Assembly (NCBI GenBank): GCA_963578725.1
Contig: CAUZDS010000008.1
Coordinates: 6,409-70,408 of the forward strand
Direction: 5' to 3'
DNA from: Vicinamibacteria bacterium
Lineage (GTDB): Bacteria > Acidobacteriota > Vicinamibacteria > Vicinamibacterales > UBA8438
Length of the DNA: 64,000 nucleotides
Below are positions 56,593 to 64,000 of the stretch, in pieces. Position 1 is the first letter of the stretch, and every line of letters begins with the position of its first letter. A program made the translations under genes and the position numbers. The notes beneath the pieces are model-generated. The model saw only the letters and a program-made list of their open reading frames with translations. It searched no databases and was not told where the DNA came from.

Positions 56593-58083
56593 ATGACACG
56601 GACCTTTGAGGTATCCGCTCCGTCCATGCCGTCCCGTTCGGCTACTGGTTACTCACCCCACCTCCGAACGGCGCTGGTGTTGACGGGCACCGGGACGGCC
56701 GGCGCCTATCATGCCGGCGTCCTTCGTGCGCTGCACGAGGCCGGGGTCAAGGTCGACCTGGTAGCCGGGCGTGGTATCGGTGCGGTGGGGGCAGCGTTTG
56801 CGGCGGTCGACGGCGCTGCGCAGCTCTGGGAGCCCGCTGGTCTGTGGAGTGTCCCGGGCGCGACGCGTCTCTACCGCTGGCGACCCGCGCTCCGCACCGC
56901 CGCCTGGATTCTCGGCGTCGCGCTTGGTGCCCTGGTGCTGCCGCTCAGTGCCGTAGTGCTCGCAGCACTGGTCTATCCGGTAGCCTATCTGCTACGGGTC
57001 GTCGGGTTGACCGGCAGCGACCAGCTGACCACCGGGCTCGGACAGTTGGTCGACTGGGTCTTCGCGCCGGCGGCCCTGCCGATCTGGCTACCCCGGCTGG
57101 TCGTGGTCGCGCTGGTTCTCTTCATCGCGGTGTTGGTCTGCGCGGCCGTTGTGGCTTCGATGCGTGCCCGCGCACAGCGGCGGACGCGTGGTGCGCTCTG
57201 GTGGGTGTTGCTCGGGGCGCCGCTCGACGTCGGTCGCGTGCGGGGCTGGTTCGCCGACGGCTTGTGGAAGCTGATGCGTGGTGCCGTGTCAATCGGGCGG
57301 CCCAGTCCTGTGGATCTTGGGAGGCGATACGCCGACCTAGTGTCAGAGAATCTCGGCCAGCCTGGCTTCCGTGAGCTATTGATCACGGCGCACGACCTCG
57401 ATGGCCGTTGTGATCTGATCTTCGCGTTACTGAAGGAACCATACCGCCAGCGGTTCTTCCGGAGTCGGCACGGCGAGTCGGAGAGTGACCGGCGTCTGGA
57501 AGCGTTTGATCTGGCCGGCGGCGCGCGGAGACACTGGTTCGACGCGTTCGCGGCGGCGATCAGTGTGCCGATAGCCACCGAGCCGTGGCTGGTGCGGTTC
57601 GCCCCGTCGAGCAGCTGGCAGGGCGAGACCCACCGGGTCTGTGACAGGCCCGACTCGGTGGGGCGACTGCTCGACGAAGTGGCCCTGGCCGGCGCCGGGC
57701 AGGTGATCCTGGTATCGGCGGTGTCCGGTCCCTCAGGTCCGCACACGCTGGGTACCGGTCGGCGGGACGGCCGGGGCCGGATTGGGGAGTCGCTCTCGGC
57801 GATCGAAGCGGCCGCGGTCCGCGATGCCGTCACCTCGCGCGGGGGGCTGTTCGAGGCGGTGTTCGTGATCCAGCCGGTTCACAACCCGCTCGGACCGTTC
57901 GATTTTACTGGGTGCTACGACGAGCGGTCGGACCGCGAGCAGACGCTGGCCGAACTTTTGGATCGCGGGTATGACGACGGACATCGACAGTTCGTCGGGC
58001 CGGTGGTCGGCGCCAGCGGCGAGGCGATCGAACCTGCGCCAAAACCGCGTGCCGTGGCCCGTGTCCCCGGTTCTGACAGCTGA
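56593..58083 (+). CDS. patatin-like phospholipase-domain membrane protein, apparently lacking the Ser nucleophile
   Basis: ALVLTGTGTAGAYHAGVLRALHEAG is a glycine-rich-loop equivalent. VAGRGIGAVGAAF occupies the GxSxG position. Two or three TM helices lie mid-protein. The start is uncertain (56593 or 56626). Confidence 0.7.
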   Translation: MTRTFEVSAPSMPSRSATGYSPHLRTALVLTGTGTAGAYHAGVLRALHEAGVKVDLVAGRGIGAVGAAFAAVDGAAQLWEPAGLWSVPGATRLYRWRPALRTAAWILGVALGALVLPLSAVVLAALVYPVAYLLRVVGLTGSDQLTTGLGQLVDWVFAPAALPIWLPRLVVVALVLFIAVLVCAAVVASMRARAQRRTRGALWWVLLGAPLDVGRVRGWFADGLWKLMRGAVSIGRPSPVDLGRRYADLVSENLGQPGFRELLITAHDLDGRCDLIFALLKEPYRQRFFRSRHGESESDRRLEAFDLAGGARRHWFDAFAAAISVPIATEPWLVRFAPSSSWQGETHRVCDRPDSVGRLLDEVALAGAGQVILVSAVSGPSGPHTLGTGRRDGRGRIGESLSAIEAAAVRDAVTSRGGLFEAVFVIQPVHNPLGPFDFTGCYDERSDREQTLAELLDRGYDDGHRQFVGPVVGASGEAIEPAPKPRAVARVPGSDS

Positions 58084-58115
58084 TGGTCGTAGGACTCACG
58101 ACGGCAGTCGGCGGG

Positions 58116-59549
58116 TCAGACGCGGCTACCGGTCCGCCGGCGCTCGATAGCTTGCGGCTCGTCGAGAAACTGCTCTGCGAGTCTGTGCACGATCGCATGA
58201 ATCTGTTCCGGGTCGATCGATCCGAACTTCTGCCGGAAGCGGGCGAGGGGTACCACCGCCTTCGCCATGGCACGGTGACCGCCAGCGTTCCCGATGTCGC
58301 CAAAGCTACTCCGGACGAACTCGCCCGCGTTCCGCGAAGAGCCAAGGTTGCGGACCGAGACGACGAACTCTCCGTGCACGACCCCGGAGACGACCGACCA
58401 CTTGATCTCCTCGACCTGCAGGAGGAAGTCAGCCACATACGCGATCAGATCTTCGCGTGCCACCGTGCCTAGATGAGTCGTGAAGAGTGACTCGGTCACC
58501 GTGCCCCGCTGCACCGCCTCCGAGATGTGGCGCAGCCGCTCGAACGTGGTTGCCGATCCCTCCATCTTGCGGACGAGCGCCGCGTCGGCTAGTGGGTACA
58601 GGAATCGGAAGGCGTCGAGGTCAGGCTCGTTGGTTTGCCGCGACAGAAAGAGCGTGTCGGACTTGATCGCGTAGAGCATTCCCGTAGCGGTGCGCTCGGA
58701 GATATTCACGTCTACCGCGCGGAGATGTTCGGTCAGGATGGTGCAGGTGGAGCCGTAATCGGGTCGGATATCCTTGAACGCGGCATTGGAGCCGGCGCGC
58801 TCGGGATGGTGGTCGATGACGAGGTCGACCCTGTTGATCAGCCCGCCGAAGTAGTGGGGTTGGACGTCCACGGTGGCGATCCGGTCGAAGCCGCTGAGCG
58901 ACTGACGGTTCAACGGCTCGACGTGAATATCGAGGAGGTTGGCCATCCGGAGGTTCTCGGGTCGCGTCACCCCCTGGAACGCCCCGATGATCGCTGTGGT
59001 CTTGGTCCGGTGGAGCAGGTTGCGCAGGGCGAGACCGCTGGCCATGGCGTCTGGATCCGGCTCGTTGTGCAGCAGGATCAGCACCCGGTCGGCGTCGGTG
59101 AGATAGCGCTGGTATTGCTCTACCCGGGCTCGGGTCATCGAGCGATCCAACTCCGCACGGAGGGCACCGCGCAGGAGGTCTGCCAGCGCCAGGTGTCCAA
59201 CCTCTGGAAAGCGAGAGCGCTGTGCCTCCTGCCGTTTGGGGCTGAACGGGTGCCCCACATCTAGCAGATAGATGAGGGTGCCGCCGGCGTTGCGAATCGT
59301 CTCTACCGTGGGTCTCGGGCTGCGCCGGCCGGAATCCTCGACGAGGAGGCAGGTGCTGGGGTCGATCTCGGCCCGCAAGTAGCTCTCCACCTTGCACGGG
59401 TTACCGACGTGAACCGTGATCTCTGCGTCGTGTAGTCGGCGGGCAAGCAGCCGGTCTGTGACGAGGAACTCGACGTCCAGAGCAGGCCCGATGGCTCTAG
59501 CCAGGATCCGGATGACGAGCTCGTCCTGGCACACTGCGAGACACTTCAT
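58116..59549 (-). CDS. DHH-family phosphoesterase (DHH-DHHA1, NrnA-like) with an extra N-terminal domain
   Basis: 477 aa. VLILLHNEPDPDAMAS, VDVQPH, VIDHHP, the DHHA1 motif GGHRAMAKA, and an N-terminal ~150-aa Rossmann-like domain. Confidence 0.85.
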   Translation of the reverse strand: MKCLAVCQDELVIRILARAIGPALDVEFLVTDRLLARRLHDAEITVHVGNPCKVESYLRAEIDPSTCLLVEDSGRRSPRPTVETIRNAGGTLIYLLDVGHPFSPKRQEAQRSRFPEVGHLALADLLRGALRAELDRSMTRARVEQYQRYLTDADRVLILLHNEPDPDAMASGLALRNLLHRTKTTAIIGAFQGVTRPENLRMANLLDIHVEPLNRQSLSGFDRIATVDVQPHYFGGLINRVDLVIDHHPERAGSNAAFKDIRPDYGSTCTILTEHLRAVDVNISERTATGMLYAIKSDTLFLSRQTNEPDLDAFRFLYPLADAALVRKMEGSATTFERLRHISEAVQRGTVTESLFTTHLGTVAREDLIAYVADFLLQVEEIKWSVVSGVVHGEFVVSVRNLGSSRNAGEFVRSSFGDIGNAGGHRAMAKAVVPLARFRQKFGSIDPEQIHAIVHRLAEQFLDEPQAIERRRTGSRV

Positions 59550-59712
59550 AGCAGGGACCGCTCCGGTCGTGAGTTGGACACGCGGACCGCTGATTATACG
59601 TCGCGTTGCCCCGGGCGGGGCCCCGGGGGATCGGAGTTCGAGAAGCCCCGCCGTAACGGGTCACAGATCGGGTAGGATGCCAACCCACCCGAGAACAAAA
59701 CGGGAGGCCATC

Positions 59713-60645
59713 ATGCTCAGATTCCTGACGATCCCGCTGTCGCTGACACTATTCGCACCGCCGTTGGGGGTCCAGCCCGTCTTTAGAAGTGGTGTCGACC
59801 TGGTTTATTTAGGGGTGACCGTGGTGGACGGGGACGGTCAGCTGGTTTCGGGACTGACTCGCGAGGACTTCGTTATCGAGGAAGAAGGACGGACGCAGGG
59901 CCTCGCCTACTTCTCTAGGGGGCTCGAAAGCGATCTCGAGACGATGCCGGTGCACGTCGGTGTGTTGTTCGACACCAGCGGCAGCATGGGCCGTGACGCT
60001 CGCTTTGCGAAGACCGCTGCTATCAGGTTTCTGCGGAGTCTCGATTTCGCGACGGACATGACCCTGGTTGATTTCGACACGCAAGTGCGGGTGAGCCGGT
60101 TTGGTCAGGCCGACTTCCCGCGGCTCGTCGAACGGCTTCGGAGTCAAGAGGCCGGTGGCATGACGGCGCTGTACGATGCGCTGGGCGTCTATCTCGACGG
60201 AGCCTTCACCCAGGTCGGACGCAAGGTGCTACTGCTCTACACGGATGGAGGCGACACGCGAAGCCGGATGCGGCTCGACGAGCTGCTCGATCTAGTGCGG
60301 GCCTCCGACGTGACGGTCTACGCGATCGGCTTCCAGACCCAGACACGCATTGCCGACCAGTTGTTGGAGCGTCGGCGGTTGGAGGAGATCGTCGACCTCA
60401 CCGGGGGCCAATGCTACTTCCCGACCTCGGTGGACGAGCTCGAAGAGATCTACGGACAGATTCGTGCCGAGCTGGCGGCGCGCTACTCCTTGGGATATGT
60501 GTCTACCAACCCGACTACCGATGGGGCATGGCGCCGCGTAACGGTGCGCTTCTCCGACTCGCGGCCGGAGCTCGCGGACGTTAGTATCCGTGCCCGTCAG
60601 GGTTACTTCGCGCCTTACGTCGAGGTCGAGCCGAGAGGCCGCTGA
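59713..60645 (+). CDS. VWA-domain protein, acidobacterial-type VWFA (TIGR03436-like)
   Basis: The ATG at 59713 follows a GGGAGG. It has a signal peptide, then FRSGVDLVYLGVTVVDGDGQLVSGLTREDFVIEEEGRTQ. The MIDAS-like motif is DTSGSM. The C-terminus has GGQCYFP...YSLGY. Confidence 0.8.
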   Translation: MLRFLTIPLSLTLFAPPLGVQPVFRSGVDLVYLGVTVVDGDGQLVSGLTREDFVIEEEGRTQGLAYFSRGLESDLETMPVHVGVLFDTSGSMGRDARFAKTAAIRFLRSLDFATDMTLVDFDTQVRVSRFGQADFPRLVERLRSQEAGGMTALYDALGVYLDGAFTQVGRKVLLLYTDGGDTRSRMRLDELLDLVRASDVTVYAIGFQTQTRIADQLLERRRLEEIVDLTGGQCYFPTSVDELEEIYGQIRAELAARYSLGYVSTNPTTDGAWRRVTVRFSDSRPELADVSIRARQGYFAPYVEVEPRGR

Positions 60646-60927
60646 CGCATGTCGTTGGCCGGCCGCTTTCCGCGGGACGGCTTACCCGCGCGCAACCGGA
60701 GACCGCGGACGCCGCAGGCGCTCGTTCCGGGTCTCTGGAATCAGGCGATGCCACGGTCTGGGCGGTCTTGGCGCTGGCGGTAGGCGTCGCCATTCCACCC
60801 CTGCCCCCCGGTCCCCCAGCTCCCGTACCCTCCGAGTCATCGCGTGGCGGGAACCGGCATGGTACGATCGCCGGTCGCGTGCCGGCCAGTGAGTCGTCGG
60901 TGCGTGTTGTCTGCAAGGAGCACCACC

Positions 60928-62931
<2,004 letters not shown>

Positions 62932-62986
62932 CGAATTGGTTCTTGTTCCAGACGAGTGTGAGATGATGGGAGCGCAGGAGAGTGTA

Positions 62987-63280
62987 ATGATGAAAGATCA
63001 CGATGGACACGCTGGCGCGGTCCTGATGGCATTCGTGCTGGGCGCCGTGAGCGGTGCCGCGGTGGCGCTGCTGTGGGCGCCGACCGCCGGTGACGAGGCG
63101 CGACGGGTGCTCAACGAGAAGGCGAGCGAGGGTCGTGGCCGGGCCACTGACGCGGCTCGAGTGGGCCGGGAGTTCGTGAGCCAGCAGCGAGACAACCTCG
63201 CGACCGCGATCGACGAGGGACGGGAAGCCTATGAGCGCGCGCGGAACAAACGCAAGGACTCGACCGAGGCCCCGGCATGA
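62987..63280 (+). CDS. YtxH-domain protein
   Basis: The ATG at 62987 follows a GGAG. AVLMAFVLGAVSGAAVALLWAPTAGDEARRVLNEKA has the YtxH pattern. Confidence 0.7.
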   Translation: MMKDHDGHAGAVLMAFVLGAVSGAAVALLWAPTAGDEARRVLNEKASEGRGRATDAARVGREFVSQQRDNLATAIDEGREAYERARNKRKDSTEAPA

Positions 63281-63705
63281 GTGACTGGCCCTCCCTGTTC
63301 CTCGCGGCGATCGCTGCGGCGACCGGGGTCATGGCCCTTATCCAGGTTGGTGTGCTCATCTATGGCGTGCGCCTAGCGCGACGCATGAACCGGCTTGCCG
63401 ACCGGGTCGAACGCGAGGTCGATCCATTCATCGGCAAGATCCAGGAAATGAGCAACGACGCCACTCGCGCGACGAAGCTCGCCGTGGCCCAGGTCGAGCG
63501 GGCCGACCAGTTGATGTCCCGGCTCGCGTTGCGCGCCGAGGAGACGATCGAAGCGGCGCAGCAGGTGCTCGTCACGCCGGCCCGGCAGGGGCTCGCGTTC
63601 ATCGAAGGATTCCGGGCCATGTTTTCATCTCTGCGGCCGCCGGTGGAATCTGGATCAGACGACACCAAGTCGACCGAGGAGGACGAGGCGCTCTTCATAG
63701 GGTAG
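63277..63705 (+). CDS. membrane-anchored coiled-coil protein (DUF948-like)
   Basis: 142 aa. It overlaps the ytxH-like stop (ATGA). There is one N-terminal TM helix followed by a helical region. Confidence 0.6.
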   Translation: MSDWPSLFLAAIAAATGVMALIQVGVLIYGVRLARRMNRLADRVEREVDPFIGKIQEMSNDATRATKLAVAQVERADQLMSRLALRAEETIEAAQQVLVTPARQGLAFIEGFRAMFSSLRPPVESGSDDTKSTEEDEALFIG

Positions 63706-63713
63706 GAGGTAGC

Positions 63714-64000
63714 ATGCTGATAGACGTTAGATGTGTAGCGGGACCCGCGGTCGTGGCGGCGGTTGCGGTGCTCATCGTAGGCGGTACCGCCTCGGCCCAG
63801 CAACAGGATTCGGCAGATCCACCGGTCGAGTTGCAGGGATCGGACTCGTCGGTGCTGGCAGTCGAGCTGGCGGCGGCGCTCGAAGCGGCGCAGCTCGATA
63901 GCATCGCGGCCAAGGACACCGAGGGTGAAGACCGGTTCGTGGCGGCGCTCGTGTTCCCGGGGCAACTGCTCGTCGTGTCGGCTGCAATGACGACGTCGAT
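63714..64000 (+). CDS. secreted hypothetical protein, 5' partial (runs off the window)
   Basis: A strong RBS (AGGAGG) lies 4 nt before the ATG at 63714. The product starts MLIDVRCVAGPAVVAAVAVLIVGGTASAQQQD (signal peptide). The frame stays open to the window end. Confidence 0.5.
   Translation, partial: MLIDVRCVAGPAVVAAVAVLIVGGTASAQQQDSADPPVELQGSDSSVLAVELAAALEAAQLDSIAAKDTEGEDRFVAALVFPGQLLVVSAAMTTS

Noticed and set aside
60646-60927. An SOS box upstream of uvrB (GAACcggcatgGTAC).
   Set aside because: The second half-site is GTAC, not GAAC or GTTC, and the arrangement differs from the imuA box. This is insufficient.

Overview
High-GC (roughly two-thirds G+C by eye) bacterial chromosomal segment. 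It holds about 55 protein-coding genes. I recognised no rRNA, tRNA, CRISPR array, transposase or prophage genes. Domain content (TIGR03436-type VWFA protein, DUF5916 outer-membrane protein, imuA-imuB-dnaE2 cassette) suggests an Acidobacteriota-like organism; this is inference only. The right half (35.7-63 kb) is core housekeeping: hisS-aspS, phoH-ybeY-corC-era, mgtE, recO, glyQ-glyS, ppdK, mutL, a trmH-family gene with rarA, greA and uvrB. The left half is more accessory. It carries chrA, a LysE exporter, tag, a cyclase, an aldehyde dehydrogenase, a DEP-fused flavoprotein disulfide reductase, an MFS exporter, the SOS mutagenesis cassette, a SET-domain protein, msrPQ, alkB and moaA. It also shows signs of gene decay: a HupE remnant, a TPP-enzyme pseudogene and a frameshifted flavodoxin start. 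Main leads: (1) An 854-aa single ORF fuses a PqqD/RRE-like domain, a radical-SAM/SPASM domain and a complete ArsM-type arsenite methyltransferase. It lies 1.8 kb from a TIGR04283-like glycosyltransferase, a family I recall as associated with arsenosugar biosynthesis. This may be an undescribed organoarsenical (or metalloid-dependent peptide-modifying) system. (2) A family of structured intergenic repeats sits directly after stop codons of + strand genes. Two long copies are about 80% identical over their shared ~120 nt and show compensatory base-pair changes; two more copies are partial. I could not match them to any RNA family I know. (3) A GAAC-N7-GAAC LexA-type box lies at the imuA promoter. 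Smaller oddities are listed individually. All family assignments come from motif recognition by eye and need HMM or BLAST confirmation.
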